64,000 nucleotides of DNA from Candidatus Poribacteria bacterium (GTDB taxonomy: Bacteria > Poribacteria > WGA-4E > WGA-3G): assembly GCA_965215265.1 (NCBI GenBank), contig OZ244048.1, forward strand, positions 960,001 through 1,024,000, read 5' to 3'. The number at the start of each line of letters is the position of its first letter. The stretch's first letter is position 1. A program made the translations under genes and the position numbers. The notes beneath the pieces were generated by a model. The model saw nothing but the letters and a program-made list of their open reading frames with translations, did no database searches and was not told where the DNA came from. Positions 41,926 to 50,752 of this stretch are shown one piece after another.

Positions 41926-43605
41926 ATGAATAGGGCAAAAACTTATATTGATATCGCGTATCTATTCAACGATATCAGGGATGCCCAAAGTGCTCTCGCT
42001 GAAGTACGTGCGACAGTGCCGGATGTGCTGAACACGTTTGACAGCCTCGTAGAAAAGATAGCCAGCCATACCTCTACGCTCTTTCAAAACGAATTCGCCC
42101 TAAAACTGGGAGACGGAGCGTTTTGGCGTGAAAAATGGACAAAAGGTGTATGGTCCCCCATCCGTTGGGCTAGTCTTTGGGCTAGTCTTGTGGGATTTGG
42201 TGTTACTAAGGGAGACGTAAACTTAATGATTCAACTGGCCCTAGAACAGGTGGTTCAGTTTAAACTAGATGCGTGGGTGGCAGCACTTCCCGACAAATTA
42301 ACGGAGCACCTCGATGCCCCTAAGGCACAGCTCCTCGTTAGAGATTTGGACTTGGCATTTGATGAGTTCCAGGTGCGTTTGAAGCGGATCGATTTACACG
42401 TGAAAGGCATTGGCAAGATCAATGCCGTCCAGAGTGATGAGATTGCGAATATAAAGCAGCTCATCTCCGACACTATAGGCTGCGGTTTTGCTATACCCGT
42501 AAGTTCTGCTATAGTTGCTGACTCGATTGTGGAGAATACTGTGTACATGCCTACGGCCCGCCTCATGGCCAATCACATCGCGGATGAAGCCAGGAAACAT
42601 TTCAACGCTACGGGTGCTTATATCGGTGCAGAAATTGAGAGAATAATGGTTGAGAATTTCGCTGTGCCTCGTCAAAAGCTAGCGGCGGTGCTTGAGGATG
42701 AAGTAACTAGGACAGAGCACCGTTTGGAGACGCTGGCGAATATCGTCCACGGCGAACTGATAAAAAAGGCGCGATTAGATTTAGAACCAGAAAAACCAAC
42801 CGAGCAGGAGATACGAGCACATCCGCCGGAGACACTAGTTGTTCCGAAAGGGATGGTGCTGATTCCCGCCGGCGAATTCCTGATGGGCAGCGATGCCGAG
42901 AATGACGAACAGCCTGTGCATCCGGTGTATGTAGACGCGTTCTATATGGATACGCACGAAGTGACGAACGCGGAGTATCAAACTTTTGTGCTGGCAAACC
43001 CGCAGTGGCAGAAGACGCAGATTCCGGATGCCCTCCATAATGGTCGTTATCTAAGCCATTGGGACGGTAATAACTATCCAGTGGGTGAGGCGGACCATCC
43101 CGTGACGTATGTGTCGTGGTATGGTGCAATGGCGTATGCCGCGTGGGCGGGTAAGCGTCTTCCAACGGAGGCGGAGTGGGAGAAAGCGGCACGCGGGGGG
43201 TTAGTTGATAAGAGATATCCGTGGGGGGACACGATTACGCCGAACGATGCGAACTACGGTAAGAATGTAGGCGGTACGACTTCTGTGTGCAGTTATGCTG
43301 CAAACGGGTATGGGCTGTCCGACATGGCAGGCAACGCTTGGGAATGGTGTCTGGATGAGTGGGATGCGGATTTTTATTCTCAGTCTCCGTCTCGGAATCC
43401 GCTGAGTGGTGTGTCTGGCAGTACACTCGCGAATCTGGATGAGATTGTAGATAAATATATAAATATTAAGTCTTCTCGCGTGTTGCACGGCGGTAGTTGG
43501 CTCAATCTTCCACGGGTCGTGCGTGTCGCCAATCGCTTCGGGTATACCCCGTCGTTCGCGCTCACCAACGTCGGTTTCCGGTGCGCGAGGGCTGTAACCC
43601 CTTAA
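41926..43605 (+). CDS. Dynamin-stalk-like helical domain fused to FGE-sulfatase/CLec domain, DGR-type target copy 5
   Basis: N-terminal half aligns with 46847-48061 (VPDVLNTFDSL/VPAVLEAFDNL; DLDLAFDEF/DLDRALDEF); variable region 43477-43605. Confidence 0.88.
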   Translation: MNRAKTYIDIAYLFNDIRDAQSALAEVRATVPDVLNTFDSLVEKIASHTSTLFQNEFALKLGDGAFWREKWTKGVWSPIRWASLWASLVGFGVTKGDVNLMIQLALEQVVQFKLDAWVAALPDKLTEHLDAPKAQLLVRDLDLAFDEFQVRLKRIDLHVKGIGKINAVQSDEIANIKQLISDTIGCGFAIPVSSAIVADSIVENTVYMPTARLMANHIADEARKHFNATGAYIGAEIERIMVENFAVPRQKLAAVLEDEVTRTEHRLETLANIVHGELIKKARLDLEPEKPTEQEIRAHPPETLVVPKGMVLIPAGEFLMGSDAENDEQPVHPVYVDAFYMDTHEVTNAEYQTFVLANPQWQKTQIPDALHNGRYLSHWDGNNYPVGEADHPVTYVSWYGAMAYAAWAGKRLPTEAEWEKAARGGLVDKRYPWGDTITPNDANYGKNVGGTTSVCSYAANGYGLSDMAGNAWEWCLDEWDADFYSQSPSRNPLSGVSGSTLANLDEIVDKYINIKSSRVLHGGSWLNLPRVVRVANRFGYTPSFALTNVGFRCARAVTP

Positions 43606-43696
43606 ATCTTTAACCCTTTATCCCTTCCGAGCCGTATCCGGAGCGAATGGCACATAGAAGAATTTGAACGATGACTTAAAAAGGAGATTTATCAGA

Positions 43697-44653
43697 ATGA
43701 GTCGTACCGAAACTCATATTGACAGAGAAGAACCAACCGAACCGCAGACACCAATTGTCCCAGAAGGAATGGTGCTCATCCCCGCGGGCGACTTCCAGAT
43801 GGGCAGCAACGATTATGATAACGAGCAGCCTGTGCATACGGTGTATGTGGACGCGTTCTATATGGATACGCACGAGGTGACGAACGCCGAGTATAAAACT
43901 TTTGTGCTGGCGAACCCGCAGTGGCAGAAGACGCGGATTCCGGATGTCTTCCACAATCGTTATTACCTATTCTATTGGGACTGGGACGGTAATAACTATC
44001 CAGTGGGTGAGGCGGACCATCCTGTGACGTGGGTGTCGTGGTATGCGGCGATGGCATATTCCGCGTGGGTAGGTAAGCGTCTCCCAACGGAGGCGGAATG
44101 GGAGAAAGCGGCGCGCGGTGGTAATGTAGGGGATACCCGTCCTGTCGGGAGTTATGCTGCGAACGGGTATGGGCTTGATATGGCCGGCAACGTGTGGGAG
44201 TGGTGTCTGGATGCGTATGATTGGGTGTCGTGGTATGCGGCGATGGCATATTCCGCGTGGGTAGGTAAGCGTCTCCCAACGGAGGCGGAATGGGAGAAAG
44301 CGGCGCGCGGTGGTAATGTAGGGGATACCCGTCCTGTCGGGAGTTATGCTGCGAACGGGTATGGGCTTGATATGGCCGGCAACGTGTGGGAGTGGTGTCT
44401 GGATGCGTATGATGCGGATTTTTATTCTGCGTCTCCGTCTAGTAATCCGCTGAGTGGTGTGTCTGGCAGTATGCTCGCGAATCTGGATGAGATTGTATCG
44501 GACTATACAAATATTAAGTCTAGTCGCGCGCTGCGTGGCGGGAGTTGGAACACTGATACCCGTCCCCTGCGCGCCGCTGATCGCACCGGGTGTACGCCGA
44601 TGTTCACGAGCAACGGCCTCGGGTTCCGGTGTGCGAGGGCTGTAACCCCTTAA
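43697..44653 (+). CDS. FGE-sulfatase/CLec-fold protein, DGR-type target copy 6
   Basis: Same motifs; exact 192-nt tandem duplication 44030-44221/44222-44413; variable region 44525-44653. Confidence 0.9.
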   Translation: MSRTETHIDREEPTEPQTPIVPEGMVLIPAGDFQMGSNDYDNEQPVHTVYVDAFYMDTHEVTNAEYKTFVLANPQWQKTRIPDVFHNRYYLFYWDWDGNNYPVGEADHPVTWVSWYAAMAYSAWVGKRLPTEAEWEKAARGGNVGDTRPVGSYAANGYGLDMAGNVWEWCLDAYDWVSWYAAMAYSAWVGKRLPTEAEWEKAARGGNVGDTRPVGSYAANGYGLDMAGNVWEWCLDAYDADFYSASPSSNPLSGVSGSMLANLDEIVSDYTNIKSSRALRGGSWNTDTRPLRAADRTGCTPMFTSNGLGFRCARAVTP

Positions 44654-44706
44654 ATCTTTAACCCTTTACCCCTTCCGAGCTGCAGGCAGCTCGGACCGAG
44701 AATGCA

Positions 44707-44877
44707 ATGAAAAGTCCCGAGAAGAAAACACGGAAAAATCCCTAGAAAACTCGAGATTCGACCAAACTCAATGGCTCACTAGGCAGCGGCGCAATCGCCT
44801 CACCGGTGAGTCCTCTGACTATACTGAAATTGATCGTGAAAGGATTAATAAGAGTTTTCGGAAAGACTAATAAGTAA
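44707..44877 (+). pseudogene. Second copy of the amphipathic peptide gene with an in-frame TAG
   Basis: MKSPEKKTRKNP*KTRDSTKLNGSLGSGAIASPVSPLTILKLIVKGLIRVFGKTNK. Confidence 0.5.
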
Positions 44878-44896
44878 GTTAAGTGAGGTTTTGTCA

Positions 44897-45124
44897 ATGA
44901 ATGAAAGCAAAAATCCCTCTGAAACGCATATTGACATCGCGACTCGATTAGACGATATCGCGGTTTTGATTGGAGCAGAACAGGATAAAGCCATTACGCT
45001 ACACACAGGCGACATCGTGGAGAGACCTGGACTGGGCTTGTTAACCTACTCGACTGTGCTGGAGCAGACTGCAAAGCGATGGCAAGAAGGTATCACTGCG
45101 ACTGAGGACTTGTCCCGAGAGTAG
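44897..45124 (+). pseudogene. Chimeric DLP2 N-terminal fragment
   Basis: MNESKNP start (as at 32138) joined to ETHIDIATRLDDIAVLIG...RWQEGITA. Confidence 0.7.
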
Positions 45125-45265
45125 TTCTACGTCTCTCGGGTTCGTGCGCGGACGCATTGGGGGTTGCGGACGCGTCTGAACAATAAGTTTGGAGCGTGTC
45201 TTCTCTGCGCGTGCCTGAATCAATGTTTAGGACACCCCTTAGAAGACAGGAGATGAAAGGAAAAC

Positions 45266-45706
45266 ATGATGAACATTATAGCAGAGCATCACAAAGTCAT
45301 TGCAGAGTGTGACAAAGTCATTGCCACGGCAGACGGCCATCGTGGCGAGCTTAACAAAGCACTTGCCCTGGTACACTACGGGCGCGGCAGAGCGAAGTTA
45401 ATCTTGCATAAAACCAAAGACGCGATATGGAATTCTGACCCAGACATTAAATACGCGATAGCCGCATTGGATTTTGACGCAGGCATTAAATACGCGATAG
45501 CCGATTTTGACACAGCCATTCACATCAACCCAAACGCGGCCGAGGCATACTACTATCGCGGCAAGGCGCGTTTAGCCTTGGATCACCTCGACTCCGCGAT
45601 AGCCGATTTTGACACAGCCATTCACATCAACCCAAAATATGTCGAGGCCCACCACTTGCGCGCAGAGGCGAAGTTAATGAGGGAGCGGGTTCCGGCGATG
45701 GTGTAG
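45266..45706 (+). CDS. Tetratricopeptide repeat protein
   Basis: AIADFDTAIHINP twice, AEAYYYRG. Confidence 0.82.
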   Translation: MMNIIAEHHKVIAECDKVIATADGHRGELNKALALVHYGRGRAKLILHKTKDAIWNSDPDIKYAIAALDFDAGIKYAIADFDTAIHINPNAAEAYYYRGKARLALDHLDSAIADFDTAIHINPKYVEAHHLRAEAKLMRERVPAMV

Positions 45707-45921
45707 AAAAGACGCGATTAGCCCGCATAGAATCTACGCTCCGTTCGCAATTCGAGGTGCTGAGTGTGCACGTCTACGGGCGAGTACTGACGGATGCCGA
45801 GATACGAACGCGTATAGAACCGGATCAAAGCAGCAGCGGCGAAAGCAGCGCTGGCTAAGACGAGGATGGCTGCGCAGGTGCGAGCGTGCCGGCGCAGCGG
45901 CTTTCAAGGAGATTTATCAGA

Positions 45922-46764
45922 ATGAGTCGTGTAGAAACTCATATTGACAGAGAAGAAACAACCCAACCGCAGACACCAATTGTCCCAAAAGGAATGGTGC
46001 TCATCCCTGCAGGCAACTTCCAGATGGGCAGCGATGCTGCTGATGCGTGGGATAACGAGCAGCCTGTGCATACGGTGCATGTGGACGCGTTCTATATGGA
46101 TACGCACGAAGTAACGAACGCCGAGTATAAAATTTTTGTGCTGGAGAACCCCAAGTGGCAGCATGTTGCGGATGCACCCGGTGATGATGTTCATCTGGCC
46201 GATTGGATTGGTAAAAATGACTATCCTTGGGGTGAGAGAGACCATCCTGTGACATATGTGTCATGGTATGGTGCAATGGCGTATGCGGCGTGGGCAGGTA
46301 AGCGTCTTCCGACGGAGGCAGAGTGGGAGAAAGCGGCACGCGGGGGGTTAGTTGGTAAGAAATACCCATGGGGGGACACGATAATGCCGAACGATGCGAA
46401 CTATTGGAGCGGCGGCACGGATAAGGATTATGTAGACGGTACAACGGCTGTGGGGAGTTATCCCCCGAACGGATATGGGTTATATGACATGGTCGGCAAC
46501 GTGTCAGAGTGGTGCCTGGATGAGTATAATGAGGATTTCTATTCTGCGTCTCCGTCTAGTAATCCGCTGAGTGGTGTGTCTGGCAGTATGCTCGCGAATC
46601 TGGATGAGATTGTAGATGACTATACAAATATTAAGTCTCGTCGCGTGTCGCGCGGCGGTGGCTGGTGCCTTAATTCATGGTACCTGCGCGCCGCGGAGCG
46701 CGAAGGGACTGCACCGAGTAGGGCCCTCAGCGGTTTCCGGTGTGCACGGGCTGTTACTCCTTAA
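45922..46764 (+). CDS. FGE-sulfatase/CLec-fold protein, DGR-type target copy 7
   Basis: Same motifs; variable region 46642-46764. Confidence 0.92.
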   Translation: MSRVETHIDREETTQPQTPIVPKGMVLIPAGNFQMGSDAADAWDNEQPVHTVHVDAFYMDTHEVTNAEYKIFVLENPKWQHVADAPGDDVHLADWIGKNDYPWGERDHPVTYVSWYGAMAYAAWAGKRLPTEAEWEKAARGGLVGKKYPWGDTIMPNDANYWSGGTDKDYVDGTTAVGSYPPNGYGLYDMVGNVSEWCLDEYNEDFYSASPSSNPLSGVSGSMLANLDEIVDDYTNIKSRRVSRGGGWCLNSWYLRAAEREGTAPSRALSGFRCARAVTP

Positions 46765-46846
46765 ATCTTCAACCCTTTACCCCTTCCGAGCTGCATGCAG
46801 ATGGGCTTGCGACACGAAGAATTTGAACAAAGGAGAATTTATCATA

Positions 46847-48061
46847 ATGATTCGTACCGAAACTCATATTGACATCGCGACTCGATTAGACGATATCGCG
46901 GTTTTGATTGGATTAGAACAAGATAAAGCCATTACGCTACACACAGGCGACATCGTGGAGAGACCTGGACTGGGCTTGTCAACCCACTCGACCGTGCTGG
47001 AGCAGACTGCAAAGCGATGGCGAGAAGGTATCACTGCGATTGGGGCCTTGGAACATGCGATGGATAACGGTGTCCTCCGGGCAATAGATGCGGCTTCGCA
47101 GGAGATTGCGCTGAGAAGAAAGGTGCTCGAGATGGGGGCGGCGGCGCGTGAAAGGGCTATCGCGGCCTCGCAAATTTATCTCGCGAAAGCGCGTGCGAAA
47201 GTGCCGGCTGTGCTGGAAGCGTTTGACAACCTCGCAGAAGAGGTGGCGGCACGTGCCGAGACGCGCTTTCAAACGGAAGTGCCGGCTGTGCTGGGAAGAG
47301 CGTATTTGCGTGAAGAGCTGGAAAGAAGGTGGCGTGAAGTAGGGGAAATACTAAAAGCCAGCGTTGAAGAATCTGACGCACGGCACCTCGTCGGCGATTT
47401 GGATCGGGCCCTTGATGAGTTCTGGGCGGTTTTGAAGCGGGGCGATTTACACCTCAAACGCATTCGCCGGATTTATGTCGGCCCGAGTGATGCGACCGCG
47501 AATTGGAAGTGGCTCATCTTCGAAGCTATAGGCCTGGGTCTAGAGGATATCAGTGCTATCAACTTAGGCTATACTGCGGATATCAGTGCTATCAACTTAG
47601 GCTATACTGCGGACTTCCGCTCTTTTCTCAGAGGCGTATTTTTCCTTTGGCCTGAACAGGCATTTTTTTATAGATACGGCGCACAGAGTTTCGCTGCGCA
47701 TCGTGAAAAACTGGAGGCGGCACTTGATGACGAGATAAGTGGCAGAGAGAAACGCTTGCAGACGCTGCGTCAGGCAAACCGTGATGAGACTAACACTCAG
47801 GAAACACAAGCGAGATTAGAGGGCATAGCGTCCGCGCTGCGTTCGCAATGGGAAGCGATGAGTCAGCGCGTCTACGGAAAAGTGCTGACAGATGCAAAGA
47901 TACAAGCACGTTTAGAACCGTTGCTTAAGGAGAAGGCGAACGCATGGCAACGAGAAAAGAGTCGTTCCAGATGGGCGAAACAGAGCGTGAGTAGGCGAGC
48001 GCAGCTGCCCAACGTCCTCTCTATCAAGCACGGACGAAAAAACAGGATGTGGCGATATTGA
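46847..48061 (+). CDS. DLP2 derivative lacking the GTPase domain (N-terminal helix joined in frame to the stalk)
   Basis: Start near-identical to 39291 up to RW.EGIT, then a helical region ending RLEGIASALRSQWEAMS (compare DLP1 RLEAIDTLLTKQFEEIS). Confidence 0.72.
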   Translation: MIRTETHIDIATRLDDIAVLIGLEQDKAITLHTGDIVERPGLGLSTHSTVLEQTAKRWREGITAIGALEHAMDNGVLRAIDAASQEIALRRKVLEMGAAARERAIAASQIYLAKARAKVPAVLEAFDNLAEEVAARAETRFQTEVPAVLGRAYLREELERRWREVGEILKASVEESDARHLVGDLDRALDEFWAVLKRGDLHLKRIRRIYVGPSDATANWKWLIFEAIGLGLEDISAINLGYTADISAINLGYTADFRSFLRGVFFLWPEQAFFYRYGAQSFAAHREKLEAALDDEISGREKRLQTLRQANRDETNTQETQARLEGIASALRSQWEAMSQRVYGKVLTDAKIQARLEPLLKEKANAWQREKSRSRWAKQSVSRRAQLPNVLSIKHGRKNRMWRY

Positions 48062-48420
48062 TGGCATCCAGGCTGATACAATGAATCTCAACAATGTACA
48101 CGTAGTCTACACTTGGGCAAGACGAGAGGAGGGCAGACAACTGTGAAACTAGTTGGCTGGTTCTTGATAGTACTTGGGTCCGCAGGAGCGTTGGCAGTGC
48201 TGATATGAGGATTTTACAATGATCATGGAATTAGAGTTTTTGCGAAGTTAATATTGCCTAGAGCGTTTTTAGCAGGCTTCTGAAAAAAGTTGAAAAAAAA
48301 AGATTGTGCGAGACTGCAAAACAACGCAATTCCGGCAGTTTACGTTTGAAGAGCCAAACCGTGTAAACTCATTGTGAGCGGAGAGTTCCGTTTTCATAAA
48401 AGTGTTTCAATGATGCCAAA

Positions 48421-48762
48421 ACTCATATTGACATCGCGACTCGATTAGACGATATCGCGGCTTTGATTAGAGCAGAACAAGATAAACCCATTACGCTACA
48501 CACAGGCGACACCGTGGAGAGACCTGGACTGGGCCTATCAACCTACTCGGCCGTGCTAGAGGCGAGTGCACAGCGATGGCGAAAAGGTATCACCACCATA
48601 CCCGTCATCGGCTCGGTTTCTGTCGGTAAATCGACGTTCCTGAATGGCTTGTTGGGGACGGACTTACCAACAAATGGAGGTACAAGGAATCCGCCCTGCT
48701 TTGCAGGGGAAGGGAAGTTCTCCCCGCTTGCGGGGATGAATTCCCATCCTTCTCAAAGATGA
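48421..48762 (+). pseudogene. DLP2 N-terminal fragment including the G1 motif
   Basis: THIDIATRLDDIA...VIGSVSVGKSTFLNGLL, truncated; original start lost. Confidence 0.75.
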
Positions 48763-48846
48763 CAAATGCTCCTTGAACTCACGACTAAACCATTTGATGG
48801 TTCTCAAGTCTTTTTTCTGCAATGAAAAAACCAGAAGAGACGATAG

Positions 48847-50259
48847 GTGAGGTTCCGAATGAAGAAATGGATGAGCAGTGTGCTATTAGCAAGTTGGTTA
48901 GTAGGAGGAATTGGATTTGCACTGTCTGGCAACGCCCAAGGGCAGTCTCCCGTAATAAACGGAGACGCAGAAATACTGTGGACCGGCAAGGCAGATATGG
49001 ATGAAATCCTCAAGGATATCGGTTATCGGGCGACGCGCCACATCGCCGAAGTGCCTGAGGTAGACGTGGTGTTTGTGGTTGACGGCTCGCTGCAGATGGT
49101 AGGATCGATTGGAATAGTTGAGAGAAACTTCGTTACGCTGCTAGACGCGCTTGAGAAGAAGACTTTAGATTACCGGTTTGCGATGCTCGCGTTTCGGTTG
49201 GTCAAAGGGCAACCGAATGTTAAGTTACTCCCATGGACTTTTGACCGTGCAGCGGTTGAAAAGCAATTGAGCTACATACGGCGTGTTTGGAGAGGCGACT
49301 TTGAGACAGGACACGGGCTAGATGCGCTGATGCAAGGATTAAATGAATTCAGGTTTAAGGCAGACGCAATCACGCAGTTCGTTATCATCACCAATTCGCC
49401 ACTTACAACCATCCGTCCTGAGGATGAAGCCCGAAAGAGAATGATCGAACAAATTATCAACAGTTGCTACCGGGATAAGGTTCAGCTCAACTTTATCGGC
49501 ATCCAGGACAGCGTGCAGATTGAACTGGCCGGCAAGACGGGCGGCAAATGGTATCCTATTATCCACGGGACATCACCGCCCCTAGATCCTGTCCAAATCC
49601 TGGGCATTCCTGATAGGCTAAAGCAACTGCGAGGGCATCCTGATAGGCTAAACAAGACGGTCGATAAAATTTTCGAACAAATCGCAGAATTTCTGATTGA
49701 CGGTGCCCCTAACAAATTGGATATTGTCTTCCTTTTTGATTGCAGTCGAAGCATGAGAAACAGGGTTGATGCCGTGTGTGATGGACTGGATGAGATGGTG
49801 ACGGTGTTGAACGCTGCACGGCTCGACTATCGGTTTGGGGTAATCCGTTTTTGGGCTAAACCGGGGCTCTCTGGACAAAGTACTGTCCTGGTTAGCAAGC
49901 CGCCGCTAAAAGTAGCGTCGGTGAAGAAGCTATTCCGCAGACCGAAAGCCGGAACAGAGCGTTTATTGGATGCCATTGTGGAAGGAGTGCCGAAATTGCG
50001 GACACCGGCAGAGCGTTCGCTGGTCTTGATTATCGTCACCGATGAACCCACGAATAAAGACGACCCAAATATGTGGACGGTAAATAAGGCAATTGAGGTT
50101 TGCCAGGGAGCACAGGCTCGCGTTTATGTCCTCGGAGGTCTTAGCTTTGCAAACGGAATTTTGAGGAGAGATCCATTCCAACGTAGAATCGCCGTATTAA
50201 CCAAAGGGGCGTACTACACGATGCGGGGGGCACCGATGTTCGATTTGCGTCTAGAGTGA
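48847..50259 (+). CDS. Secreted protein with two von Willebrand factor A domains
   Basis: Signal peptide; DVVFVVDGSLQM and DIVFLFDCSRSM MIDAS-like motifs; IIVTDEP. Confidence 0.8.
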   Translation: MRFRMKKWMSSVLLASWLVGGIGFALSGNAQGQSPVINGDAEILWTGKADMDEILKDIGYRATRHIAEVPEVDVVFVVDGSLQMVGSIGIVERNFVTLLDALEKKTLDYRFAMLAFRLVKGQPNVKLLPWTFDRAAVEKQLSYIRRVWRGDFETGHGLDALMQGLNEFRFKADAITQFVIITNSPLTTIRPEDEARKRMIEQIINSCYRDKVQLNFIGIQDSVQIELAGKTGGKWYPIIHGTSPPLDPVQILGIPDRLKQLRGHPDRLNKTVDKIFEQIAEFLIDGAPNKLDIVFLFDCSRSMRNRVDAVCDGLDEMVTVLNAARLDYRFGVIRFWAKPGLSGQSTVLVSKPPLKVASVKKLFRRPKAGTERLLDAIVEGVPKLRTPAERSLVLIIVTDEPTNKDDPNMWTVNKAIEVCQGAQARVYVLGGLSFANGILRRDPFQRRIAVLTKGAYYTMRGAPMFDLRLE

Positions 50260-50449
50260 ATTTGTGCTGACATAAACTCCAAAACAATTCCGGAGACCCT
50301 ATAGGGAAAGTAAATCTTGATTTAGATAAGATACGCCTTCATGCATTGCGTTTATCCCTACTTTAGTTTACATCAAAAATTGTTTCGATTAAGAAAAAAA
50401 CCCGGAACTACGGCTGCACGTTAAGCAAGATGAACATGAAGAAAACGAG

Positions 50450-50752
50450 GTGAAGAGTGTTGTTAAGGATTGGAAAGCCCAAGAACATCACCATATCATC
50501 GGAACATGGGGTGAAGCAGGACTGCATCTATACATAGATGGTGAGCACGTCGGTGTGAACACTAACTTTAAAAGGAGCCCCGAAAACCTTCATGGAGAAT
50601 TTGTGATTAACAATCAAGCTGCAGATCCAAAAGAAAAAGATGCATTTGACAAGCCAACGGGTTGGATTGTCAACAACGTTCGCATTTCTAACTATCAGTG
50701 GGACGCAGCAAAAGTGAAAGCACGTTTTGAGGAACTCCATCCGACTGAATAA
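50450..50752 (+). pseudogene. C-terminal fragment of a LamG-like jelly-roll domain
   Basis: HHIIGTW..GLHLYIDGEHV...VNNVRISN. Confidence 0.5.

Noticed and set aside
37499-46764. Seven catalytic formylglycine-generating (sulfatase-maturing) enzymes
   Set aside because: The active-site Cys pair after RGGS is absent, that segment is hypervariable, and no sulfatase is adjacent.
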